Of a DNA stretch of 64,000 nucleotides, positions 39,509-52,712 are shown piece by piece. This DNA is from Eledone cirrhosa. Lineage: Eukaryota. The DNA is taken from NCBI GenBank assembly GCA_964016885.1, contig OZ024744.1, forward strand, positions 52,018,001 through 52,082,000. The letters are read 5' to 3'. The notes under the pieces were generated by a model. The model saw nothing but the letters and a program-made list of their open reading frames with translations, searched no databases and had not been told where the DNA came from. The position numbers were made by a program, and so were the translations under genes. Position 1 is the first letter of the stretch; each line of letters opens with the position of its first letter.

Positions 39509-39626
39509 GGCATACATATACACATGCGTGTGCGTGTGCGTGTGTGTGTGTGTATGTGTATATACATGTGTATATAAATGTATGCACAAACAAATATATA
39601 TGTACATATATATAATATACATACAT

Positions 39627-39663
<37 letters not shown>

Positions 39664-39842
39664 GGAAAATGTTTGACCCCGACGGCAGAGCTCAAGCCGT
39701 TTTGACGGCTAGAAATAGCCGTCGAAACGGCTTTAGCTCTGCCATCGGGGTCAAACATTTTCCTATGACCCACTCTACTACCCTAACTATTGAGTACTGT
39801 GGTGCGTTATGGTCCATCTGGTTCCTTGCCACACTTCCTTCG

Positions 39843-39883
<41 letters not shown>

Positions 39884-40006
39884 AAATTAAGATAAATTAA
39901 ATGAATTTAATCTAAATCAAAATTATGGGTGTCATGCCAGAACGGCATGCGCCATATCACCCGGAAAAATAAGCTCAAAGATTCTATCGAGTAGGTCCGA
40001 GCATTT

Positions 40007-40113
40007 TATAATAACTAGAAATTGATTAACATATATATAAACATGAATAATCACAGGAGATAATTATCTCCTGTGATTATTCATGTTTATATATATGTTA
40101 ATCAATTTCTAGT

Positions 40114-40120
<7 letters not shown>
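40007..40120. repeat. Perfect 114-bp palindrome
   Basis: Axis between 40063 and 40064 (ggagataa|ttatctcc); arms checked by eye. Confidence 0.85.
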
Positions 40121-40156
<36 letters not shown>

Positions 40157-40213
40157 TGGATAGATAGATAGATAGATAGATAGATATAAGTCTAAAGTCT
40201 GTCTAAGCCAAAA

Positions 40214-40258
40214 GGCTCAAACGGCCTACCTCTTACGGACGCTTTAAGCATCCCACAC

Positions 40259-40344
<86 letters not shown>

Positions 40345-40388
40345 ATGTGGGATGCTTAAAGCGTCCGTAAGAGGTAGGCCGTTTGAGC
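40214..40388. repeat. ~48-bp inverted arms enclosing a (TA)n tract
   Basis: gctcaaacggcctacctcttacggacgctttaagcatcccaca and its reverse complement. Confidence 0.85.
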
Positions 40389-40468
40389 ACTCGATGCTCT
40401 TACAGAACAGAGTATGATATAAGATATGCATTTAACTGAAGATTTGGAAACTCTTCTTCGAAAGATTG

Positions 40469-40565
40469 AGACGTATCTGAGGATCTTGCGATTTCAGAGT
40501 CAGGTTCGATCATGGCATCGATCATGCTTTGAGCTGGTCGCCAGAGAAACGATTGTAATATGTCT
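40469..40565 (+). ncRNA. Type I hammerhead ribozyme motif with extended stem II
   Basis: AGACGTAT-CTGAGGA-TCTTGCGA...TCGCCAGA-GAAA-CGATTG-TA-ATATGTCT; 8-bp stem I; predicted cleavage after 40557. Confidence 0.8.
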
Positions 40566-40805
40566 AATAAATTTTATTTGTCGCAACACTGCGACTCATT
40601 GTATGCGGGTGTGTGTGTGGAGAAAGAGGGAGAAAAAACCCAAAGAATGTGGTGTACAGAAACAGAGAGAGAGAGAGCATCAGAACAATGACAAGTACTC
40701 CACGACAAAACAAGCGTATGAAGCAAAATTTTCTCTTTCTTTTTCTTCCTCTCTCTCTCTGTGTATTGATTATATATATATATATATGATATGATATAAT
40801 ATATG

Positions 40806-40835
<30 letters not shown>

Positions 40836-40841
<6 letters not shown>

Positions 40842-41658
40842 AATAAGGGCGCTGCGGAGTTGCAAATGGGTTACATATGAAAAAAGTTTGTCCTTCATCA
40901 GTGATCTTCCAACTATCATAGGCATTTCATCGCTTTAAAGACCATATACCTCCGGTTGGTGGGAGCAACAGCTAAAAAAAAGTCGTTGGGACATGTAAAT
41001 AAAGGGGACGTGAGGGTAAACAAACAAAATGGTGAAGCAACAGAAATTGAGGAAGAAGGAGACAAGTCCCAGATTTCTATGAATTTAAGTTCGGTGAAAT
41101 CGTGAACGAGAGAATAAAGACCATCAAACCTGGTTGAAATGTGAGCAAGGAAGGAATTTCGCACAGGTCTAACGGGAGGAAGAAGGGGTCTGGTCTGCGA
41201 ATTCGGTAAACATAAGTTCTGTGAAATCGTAGACGAGAGAAAAAAAAATTCCGACCAGCTTGGCCGAGAATGTGAGAGAAAAGAATTACTCACAGGTCAA
41301 ACGGGAAGAAAGAGGAGGAGAGGTAGTGACAGAGAATGAGAGAGTGAAGGGTGAGGAAGAGGCTAACAGAGAGAGAGACTGCTAGAAAGGGTAAAGATAC
41401 ATAGAACGAAAAAGACGGTGTAATAGCAGAGGAAAAAAATGTGTAAATATGATAATAAGGGCGCTGCGGAGTTGCAAATGGGTTACATATGAAAAAAGTT
41501 TGTCCTTCATCAGTGATCTTCCAACTATCATAGGCCTTTCATTGCTTTAAAGACCATATACCTCCGGTTGGTGCGAGCAACGGCTAAAAAAAGTCGTTGG
41601 GACACGTAAATAAAGGGGACGCGAGGGTAAACAAACAAAATGGTGAAGCAACAGAAAA
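40836..41658 (-). mobile_element. (TA)n-flanked element with ~210-bp direct repeats (period 612) carrying a permuted hammerhead-like core
   Basis: 40836-41047 is repeated at 41448-41658. Confidence 0.65.
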
Positions 41659-42412
41659 TATATATATATATATATATATATATTTAGTTTCTGAATTTGT
41701 TTAGCAAGATTCTTTATCTAAAAACGTGTGTTGAAACCGATATTGTTATACTTTGGGAGTGTCATGTTGCCAACAAGAAACACAACCTCCAGTTGCTTTC
41801 ACTTCAAGAGTCTAGAATTAACCGTCGAAACGGCTTGAGCTCTGCCGTCGGGGTTAAACATTTTCCTATTACCCACTCTACTACCCTAAGTATTGAGTAC
41901 TCTGGTGCGTTATGGACCATCTGGTTCCTTACCCCACACCTCCTATATATATATATATATATATACACGCATACATATATATTTATATATATACACGCAT
42001 ACATATATATTTACATATATATACATACCCCCCCCCCCCCATATATATATATATATATATATATGTATCTTATTGTTTATGTTTTTTTCATTTATATTTC
42101 TTTCGGTTTTGTATTTTACGTTATTATGTTTTGCTTTGTTTTCTGTTGTTTTATTTACAAGAGGCGACGATGCGTGTTTAACCGAGCGTGGAATATATCA
42201 AAAGTTGGAAGCTGAAGGCGTCCATATTATAATACACATACACATACATACATATCACCACATATTCACCCGTAAGGACACGTACATATACATACATATA
42301 TACATAAATACACAAATAGATATGTGTGTATATATGTATACATGTGATTACGTATGCTTCGATAAGTACATTATTTACAGACACAGTCAGTCACGCATGA
42401 ATATACACATAC

Positions 42413-42548
<136 letters not shown>

Positions 42549-42607
42549 TGAGTGTGTTGTGTTATTATTTCTGGCAATATTATAACAATATGACCCTCCC
42601 CAAGTAT

Positions 42608-42644
<37 letters not shown>

Positions 42645-42649
42645 CGTAC

Positions 42650-42725
<76 letters not shown>

Positions 42726-42758
42726 AAACACATATATAGATATACCTATATATGTATG

Positions 42759-42811
<53 letters not shown>

Positions 42812-42823
42812 GTATACATATAT

Positions 42824-42866
<43 letters not shown>

Positions 42867-43159
42867 ATGTGTGTATATATGTACATATATATACATATAT
42901 TCATATATACACACATACACACCTATATATATATGTGTGTGTGTCTGTGTGTGCGTACACACACATATGCACACGTACACACACATATCTATATGAAATT
43001 TTGTTGGCTCTATTATGGCTGATGTGGAATATAGAAGCTTTTCTTCGTCGCATCACATCTTTCTTTTTTTTCTTGTTTTATTTTGCTATCTATTATTATT
43101 TTTATTAATCAAATGTTCTCTCTCACTCCCTCTCTTTCTCTCTCTCTCTCCCTCTCTCC

Positions 43160-43226
<67 letters not shown>

Positions 43227-44049
43227 ATCCTTTGTTTCTTTTTGCATCACTCTCTTTCCCACTCCCTTTTAATTCATCCCTGTACCTGTTTGACGAAAGT
43301 CTACTTATATTTCCTTCGCTCTGGCGTTACCATTTACACAACATGCCTGCATCCAATGTTATCCTGTTTCCAGTTTTTAGACTTTTTATTGTTATTTGTT
43401 TACGTACTCGCTTTGCTATCCTAGTTGAGAGACATTCCCTAGGTATTCCCTGTCTCTTATGCTTTGTTGTTTCATATGCATCTTTCCGATGGCTTGCTCA
43501 AGCCGTCTTGCAGTAGGGGCTCAATATTATGCATTTCACCCTTATGCTCAAAATTGCCCAGGGGTGGCTGATATATATATTTAGGTTTGCTTACTTCTGA
43601 TCTCTTATTGCAGTCTCGGGCTTGGCAACCATTGTGCGTCCATTCCATGCCTCTCGGGACAGTTCGTAAGCTCTTTGATAGTCGTTTCGGTGTTAAATGG
43701 AGATAGCAGTATATTGTACGATCACGACCCATGTTACCCCAGCGATGTACGATGTGGTGTAATTGCATTTATTGGGAAATTGTTGGTGGTCTTATTCACA
43801 CCAGCCAGCAATTTCCTTTAGACCTGCGAAGACTAGGTTTTTTTTTTAGAGGCGGCCATTACTCCCCTCGTAGAAGTTTCATAACTGGGTTCTGAGAGGT
43901 TTCTTGAGAGTCAACAATGTCACTCATTTCTCTATCTCCTCTAGTAGCTTTTTGTCTACGGTATCTTATTCGTCCGACAGGAGCTCGCTTATATCTTAAC
44001 TAACGATCATATCTGGTGGCAGTATTGTTATCCCCCACCTACGTCTAAT

Positions 44050-44425
44050 ACAACAGCTCCACCCTTTCCAATGGACGTGAATCTTGGGTAATGACCGAAA
44101 GAATATGATCGCGAATACAAGCGGACGAAATGGGGTTCCTCCGAAGGGTCTTTCAAGTAACATTACTCGATATAGTGCGTAGCTCGGAGATCAGAGTGTT
44201 GCTACAAGTACTTATACTCCAAATTGAGAAATCACAGTTCCGATAATACGGACATGTGTTTAGAAATCTAAGGAAAGATTCACAGGATACATTTTAAGGG
44301 CAAAGACCACCGACAGGAGACCTGGAGGTAGACCATGTGCAAGATGGTTGGATAACATCCATAAGCACGGTTATTCTAGGTTGAAAATCAAGCCGGATCA
44401 TTGGGAGATGGTTCCTTCTGATAAG
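44050..44425 (+). mobile_element. RTE-clade LINE 3' fragment followed by (CATA)n
   Basis: Hand translation gives ESWVMTERI*SRIQADEMGFLRR, QFR*YGHVFR and RRPGGRPCARWLDNI. Confidence 0.8.
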
Positions 44426-44873
44426 ATACACATACATACGCACATACATACATACATACATATATACATACATACATACATACATACATACATACATACA
44501 TACATACATACATACATACATACATACATACATACATACATACATAGCCTCAATACAAATCTTGAGAAGCTAGGCTTCACAGGAACAGAAAGAATACAAC
44601 TAGTTAGGAAACTACAAGTATAATCCATTAACGGAACAGTATAAATATATAAAACATTCCAAAAATGTTGCATCTAATAACTGCATATACACATGTACAG
44701 ATACAAAGCATATATACATGCACACATACAACTCAAAACATCCACATCCACACATACAATAACATCCATATCTATACATGCATGCATGCAGACATACATA
44801 TCTACCTAGTTGATGTTGTGTAAATTCCAATGAGAGAGTCTTGTGTCTATGTTAGAAACCGACTCTCTCTCTA

Positions 44874-45432
44874 TTGGTAAAATTTTGTGAAATTATAAAA
44901 CCAGAAGAACATACATATTCAATACATACATATGAGCAGGAATATGTTGAGATAGATGGCACCAAAGAATACTGGTGGAACCTGAAAATAAAAACTGCCA
45001 CCAAATTAAAGCAAAACTGGCCTGATATTGTTGTTTGGGACCACACATTGAAAACGTGTTCTGTTGTAGAGATCAGTTGCCTACTTGTCAACGTTGTAAG
45101 ACAAATACAGGAGAAGGAGATATCTACGGACCATTGACGAGGAGTTTCCAGATCCAGTATCCAAGATACACCTTCAGCTTCATACCCATCCTTATTGGAG
45201 TTACAGTTTATATACGAACCCGCTTGGACCAAAGTATAACTGAACTGGGATTTGTGGACAAAGAACGCAGCTCCCTAATTCATAGACTACAAATGGCTGC
45301 GATAGCTGGCACCTTCAAAATTGGCAAAACATTCTTGCGATTCAAGGGATGACAATTTCTTTTCTTTTACAATCTTGTCATTAAGAAGGTGGTCGGTCAA
45401 AAATGTACTCGAAATAAAGAGAAAGATAATCG
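44874..45432 (+). mobile_element. RLE-type (R4/Dong-like) non-LTR retrotransposon 3' fragment; related pieces at 44546-44668 and 45611-45780
   Basis: EYWWNLKIKT...NWPDIVVWD...VVEISC (PD-(D/E)xK endonuclease) and IYGPL...FIPILIG...GTFKIGKTFL; AATAAA then (TACA)n. Confidence 0.78.
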
Positions 45433-45847
45433 TATATACATACATACATACAATACAATACAATACATAGAATACAATACAATACATAGAATACAATACA
45501 ATACATACATACATATATACATACATTGCATACATACGTACGTACATATATAAATACATATATACATCCATTACATACATACATTCATACATACAAACAA
45601 ACAAACATAGTAATACTGGTGGAAACTAAAAATAAAAACTGCCACCAAATTAAAGCACAACTGGTCTGATATTGTTGTTTGGGACCACACATTAAAAACA
45701 TGCTCAGTTCTTGAAGATAGCTGCCCACCTGATGTCAATGTGTCAATGAGACGACAACAATTTCCTTTTCTTTACAAGTGTCACTGGGATTTATATCTAG
45801 AAAGTTGTACACCATGGCACAAGTCCGGGTAAGGAATTTTTATAGAT

Positions 45848-46036
45848 AGCAGTCTCCCCTTGTCATGCCATGCATGTCCAAAAGAAAGGCAAAGACCGAT
45901 ACATTTTTGCACCAGTGACGTCGCAACTCGTTTCTACAGCTGCCCAAGGACACAACGCATCCCCCGGTCCGGAAGTCGAACTCATACCCTCACGATTGTG
46001 AATCTAACGCTTTAACCACCAAGCCACACGCCTTTA
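45848..46036 (-). mobile_element. tRNA-derived SINE, internally deleted
   Basis: Minus strand ggcgtgTGGCTTGGTGGttaaagcg...GAGTTCGACTTCC; related to the SINE at 51722. Confidence 0.7.
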
Positions 46037-46217
46037 CATACATACATCAATCCATCCATGCATACATATTTACATGCATATATACAAAAAACTGTATATA
46101 TGTATAAAGTGTTACAATTATAACAAGTGTCTATGGAATATTCAACAATTTTCCTCGCTAATGTAATGCGTAGGTAGTTGATTAAACAACTAGCCTGTTG
46201 TATGATACTTCCAGTCG

Positions 46218-46530
46218 GCTGTCTTGGTGGTTTAGTGGTTAAGGTGGTCAGCTCACTATCGAAAGTTCACGAGTTTGATTCACGGCTGGCGTTTCTTTTA
46301 TTGGGTAAGACATTTTCGCTCAGCAGGTAAAATTGAATTGTACCTGCAATTCAAAGAGATAACTTTGTCACACGCAGCGTTCATGCTGAATCTCACTGAC
46401 AACTACGTTAAGGCTACAGGAGTTTGTGGAATACTCAATTGCACGTTAATTTTATGAGCAAGCAGTTACGTTACTCGAACAACTGGAACACTCCTCGCCA
46501 GAGCTAACGGAAATCTAAGAAGAACAACAA
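46218..46530 (+). mobile_element. tRNA-derived SINE
   Basis: A box TGGTTTAGTGG, B-box-like GAGTTTGATTC, A-rich (aac)n tail. Confidence 0.65.
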
Positions 46531-46576
46531 CATGGAATCAGGCAAACAACCAAATGTAAATATTATAACTATAGTC

Positions 46577-46760
46577 GGTGGATTGGCAGTATTGTTAGAG
46601 GGTCGCACGCCATGCTTTGCAGCAAAGAGTTACGGCCCTTTATGATCTGAGTTCAAATCCCGCCGAGGTTAACTTTGCCTTTCATCCTTACGGGGTTGAT
46701 AAAATAAAGTACCAGTAATACACTGGATTAATTGCTGGCCTTGTGCCAAAAGTAGAAACA
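46577..46760 (+). mobile_element. tRNA-derived SINE with 15-bp target-site duplication
   Basis: TSD attataactatagtc at 46562-46576 and 46761-46775; B box GAGTTCAAATCC; core gcctttcatccttacggggttgataaaataaagtacc. Confidence 0.88.
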
Positions 46761-48532
46761 ATTATAACTATAGTCTCTTCAGTCGGCATCACACGTACAT
46801 TAAAGAAGAATTAAGAAAGGTGGAAAAGCTGGAAGAAATACCCTAAAACCATGTTTATATATGAGACAATTGTACTCAGGTTAACACACACAATTACATG
46901 CATTCAAACACAGACACATAGACACACATATTGTGTTCGTAATTTTAACGTGCAAATGACAGAGCATTCAACATAGCGATTTATCGTGACACATTGTGTG
47001 GCAATACTTGCCCTTTGAATGTACAAACGACATTTTTGCTATCTGAGAGAACAGGAACCAATTCAGAGCCTTTTCATTGTTGTTGGAGGACCCGCTCCCT
47101 GACTGACATCCCGTCCCTGATTGACCCCCATCCCTGATTGACCTCCCGTCCCTGATTGATCCCCCCTCCCCACTGCTTTTCATTTTGTTCTGGTATTCAG
47201 GGGTGCAGCCGTACTCACCACTCTTGACTAATTGCGGAGTGGTGAGGATATATAACCTATAGTTGGGGTGGATTGCCGTTTACTCTGAAAAGTTCATTCA
47301 AATATATCCTATCATCTTCCTCTCCAGACCAGAAGCCTGACCTGTCGTAAATGAACCACATGAAATAAAGTTTCAAGGACACAGATCCCTCCCCACTAAG
47401 CTATGCGCCTTTATAATCCCCTCCTCCAAAATGATGTAAGTGTTGTTAAAAGTCTTCACAGAACAGAAGATTCAATATAAGTAAAATATTTGATATTAGT
47501 CGGTTGTGAATTCCTTCGATGTTTCATCAAAGGCTGGCTCATAGTTTTGGGCTATTCTTAGCATTTGGTGAATATAGTTTGGTCGTTCATCAAAGGTTTC
47601 TCGACATTATCCAATTGCCGACACTTGCTGAAATTGCCGGAACTTGCCGATAATTAGCAAAATTTGCCGAACTCGAACTTTCGCAGCATATTATAAAATA
47701 TCATGGTTTTCTGGGCACTAGGAAATATGTGGCATATATTTTCAATTATATATTTATTTATTTATATGCTGGTTTAAGTCATTGGAGTGTGGCCATGCTG
47801 GGGCACCATCTACTTTCAGTCGTTCTGTCTATATATAGGAAAAGAGTCAGGACGCCGATGCTGAGCTCCGGCCGTTTCGACAGCTAGATTCGAACTAAGC
47901 CGGGACGGGGCTTAGCCGTCGGGATCCTGATTATTTTCCTATTACCCACTCTACTACCCTGAGTATTGAGTACTCTGGTGCGTTATGGTTCACTGGTATC
48001 TTACCATACCTTTTTGTTATATATATATCGAGTACTCGATACTTAGGGTAGTAGGGTGGGATGGCTCCTATGGTTTAAAATATTAGAATACTCCAGTGAC
48101 ACAGCATTGTTTAAGCAACAGAAGCTACAGAGGGTGATATTTGCCAAAGGTGCTGCGAAGTCGGACTGAATCATGACCCTTAACCCACAATTATTAAATA
48201 ATATAAATTAGCTTTAATGATGTACAACTGATTATTAATACTAAATTAAATAACTGAGAAATATATTTTCCTGGGAAAGGTTAATGAAAATTAATAAAAA
48301 TCCTTTTTAATGCGTATCATTGCGTAATTATTTGTCATATATTGTGTCATATTATATATATATATATACACATATATATTCATGTATGCATATATATATA
48401 TATGTATATATGTATATGTATGTTTACACACACACATATATCCATATACGTATATACAAGAGCACACACAGACAGGCACGTACATTGATGCAGACAGAAG
48501 CACACACATATATATTCACACACACGCACGCG

Positions 48533-48622
<90 letters not shown>

Positions 48623-48918
48623 ATGCATGTGATCCAAAACATTTCCTCTCATAATTATGTGATTGAAATATATATATATCGATCTAGAAGCTAAGTGGTT
48701 TTCATGCTGATGGAGATAATTTCAATTTATGGTCGTTGAAGGTGTTATAAGGTTTTACATGTTATTTCTACTTGATTTATGTTTAAATTATAATTTTCTT
48801 ACGGGAAAAAAAGAAAGAAAAACATGTCACCAAATGATTGATTATCAGGATGATACTAATTGATTGGTTCTGTTAAAATCTATTTCATTAAAGAGTAGTA
48901 ATATATTCCTCGTCTTTG

Positions 48919-48996
<78 letters not shown>

Positions 48997-49020
48997 ATAT
49001 ATCTATATCTATATATATAC

Positions 49021-49053
<33 letters not shown>

Positions 49054-49116
49054 CATACAATGTATATATCTATATGTATATACACACACACATATATATA
49101 TACACACACACATATG

Positions 49117-49339
<223 letters not shown>

Positions 49340-49585
49340 GTATATATATGTATACATATGTCTACGTGAAATTTATAAATAAAAAAATTGAAAACACTAA
49401 TTTAAATGAAATGAGTATTTATGAAAATAATAGTAATTTTCATGTTTTAATGTATATTCGGTAATTTCTCAAAGGATGTGTATTTAACAGAATTAGGCTA
49501 TGAAGGCGTAAATTATGTCAAAGAGAGAGAAAAATGCAAGTTTCAAATAACGTATATCATATAATATATATATATATATATATAT

Positions 49586-49655
<70 letters not shown>

Positions 49656-49859
49656 GCATACATACATACATATATATATACATACTTACATATATTTATA
49701 TATCTATTTAAATTATATATATGTACACATACATATATCTATATATATATTATATATATGTATTTGCATATATATATATGTATGTTTGCATATATTTATC
49801 TATACATACACACATGTGTAGATACATATATATGCATATATGCATAAATGCATATACCC

Positions 49860-49925
<66 letters not shown>

Positions 49926-50174
49926 GTATATGCATATATGTATATACACTATGCATATGTATATACAAGTAGTTACACTCATATACATAATATGGGTTAT
50001 ATCAATTTAATGAAGTTCATTATAGAATTTATGAATTAATAAATATATTAAACTATTAAGTAAAATAATTTAATAAAACGTATTATTAATTATCTTAACT
50101 GTTAATGTTAATTGAATTCTCTTTGCCTTATTTAATATATATTAAAAAATAATTATATCTATATGTATATATAA

Positions 50175-50322
<148 letters not shown>

Positions 50323-50325
50323 TAT

Positions 50326-50391
<66 letters not shown>

Positions 50392-50605
50392 TGGAGAGAA
50401 GAGGGAGGGAGGGAGTGAGGGAGAGAGGGAGAGGTAGAGAGTGATTTAGAAAGGGATATGTTTGATATATTCATGTAACTTGCATAATCAGGGATGATTA
50501 TATAGCTAATTTAAAGTTTGAAAATTAACACTGATTTGAGAGGTAAATCGAATTAGCAAAAGTAATTTTATTTAAATACCTAAAATATAGAACTTCATTA
50601 ACCGA

Positions 50606-51470
50606 GACACAGACACACACACACACGCACACATACACACATACACACATACATATACACCCACGCACACACAAGGATACAGACACACACACACACACAC
50701 ACACGCATACACACACACATACACACACACAGACAGACAGACACACACACATACACACACACATACAGACACACAAACACACTCAGACACACACACGCAC
50801 ACACATGCACACGCACACATGCACACACACACACACGCACACACACATACAGACACACACACACACACAGACACAGGCACACGCACATACACACAGACAC
50901 AGACACAGACACAGACACACGCACACACACATACATACATCCACACACACACACACACAAACACAGACACACACACACAGAGACAGACACACACACACAT
51001 ACATACACACACACGCAGACAGACACACACACACAGACACACACACACATACACACACACACACACTCTCACTCTCTCACACACCCACACACAGACACTC
51101 GCGCACACACACACATAAACTCGCACCCCCCACATACACATACACACATACACTCATACATACACACGTATAGGTACATGCTGCCACTCGCATGCACACA
51201 CACATTTACACATATTAAAGTAAAGCAATTGGCGCATGCACACACGCACACACACACACACACACACACATACACTCACACACACACACACACACACATA
51301 TGCACCCACACAGACGCACATGCCTGTATGTAGGTATGTATGTACGTTTGTGTATATGTGTGTGTGTGTGTGTGTATGTACATGTGTGTATGTGTATATG
51401 TATGTGTCTGTATGCACATGTGTGTATGTGTGTATGTGTGTATGCGTGTATGTGTTAATGTGTGTATGCA
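50606..51470. repeat. Compound (CA)n/(TG)n microsatellite
   Basis: Seen directly. Confidence 0.95.
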
Positions 51471-51721
51471 TGCACAGAAAACCGAAATCTGAAATATTTG
51501 CCATTGATGATACTAAGAATAGAAGACATAAAATAGCTCGACGTCCAGAGACGTTCCTCATTACTTCTCTATACAGACATTTCAAGAGAAACCAGAGTTC
51601 CTTGTTACTCAATCAATCATGGATGACTTAACGATCCTTTGTCAGTGAAATGTGCTGAAAGCTGTCCACCGCTTTCAGTTACTAACACACTCACTTCAGC
51701 TTCTGGTCCCTACACGTGTGT

Positions 51722-51868
51722 GAAGGCGCATGGCTTAGTTGTTAGAGCATTGCCCTTGCAATCGAAAGGCTGTGAGTTCAATTCTCGGACCGTGTGATGT
51801 GTTGTTACCTTGAGCAAGAAACTTTATTTCACATTGCTCCAGTTTACTCAGCTGTAGAAATGAGATGA
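51722..51868 (+). mobile_element. tRNA-derived SINE 5' part
   Basis: ggcgcaTGGCTTAGTTG...GAGTTCAATTC...cttgagcaagaactttatttcacattgctccag. Confidence 0.72.
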
Positions 51869-51961
51869 TAGGACTGGGGTCCTTATCATTAAATTACCCA
51901 AGACACTCCAACGAGATATACCTTGGAGGAGGCCAGCTAAACCTGCATAGGTGTGAGCTGT

Positions 51962-51994
<33 letters not shown>

Positions 51995-52229
51995 ATTGTC
52001 TCCTCACTCGCTGGTATTTTGTTTCTACCACCTAGACAATGGCCGCGGCTCCTCGGACTCCATGGATCTCGCCCCATCTTCAATCAGGAGCTCTCGCCAC
52101 GCCTCACTCGTCTCTCCTCTAATCAATCGCACTTTGTTCAACTCCTCTGGCATTACTATAGTGACTACATCAAGCATTTAGTCGCTCGAATGTCGTCCCT
52201 CGGGAATTTCCTTCTGCACATATCATTCC

Positions 52230-52712
52230 TGCATGTCTTCCCCACATGTCTTTTCTCCATGTCTTTCCCACATGTCTTTCCTCTATATCTTTCCCACATG
52301 TCTTTCCTCCATGTCTTTCCTCCATGCCTTTCCCACATGTCTTTCCTCCATGTCTTTCATGCATGTCTTTCATCCATGTCTCTCCTCCATGTATTTCCTG
52401 CACGTTTTTCCTCCATATCTTTCCCACATGTCTTTCCTGCATATCTTTCCTCCACATCTTTCCCCCATGTCTTTCCCACTTATCTTTCCTACATGTCTTT
52501 CCCACTTGTCTTTCCCGCATGTCTTTCTTTCATGTCTTTCCTGCATGTCTTTCCAACATGTCTTTCCCACACCTCTTTCCCACATGTCTTTCCCACACGT
52601 CTTTCCCAAATGTCTTTCCCACACGTCTTTCCCGCATGTCTTTCCCACATGTCTTTCCCACACGTCTTTTCCACACGTCTTTCCCACATGTCTTTCCTGC
52701 ATATTTTTCCCG
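52230..52712. repeat. 13-14-bp minisatellite (catgtctttccca)n
   Basis: Tandem units seen directly. Confidence 0.93.

Noticed and set aside
40430-40468. CTGAAGA...GAAA just upstream of the 40469 ribozyme
   Set aside because: No convincing stem II or stem I pairing
43300-43990. Moderately complex sequence, possible exon or LINE relic
   Set aside because: No recognisable protein motif or supported splice structure
46218-46295. tRNA-like heads here and at 51722 and 52845 considered as tRNA genes
   Set aside because: No complete cloverleaf; those at 46218 and 51722 continue into SINE bodies and 52845 is degenerate
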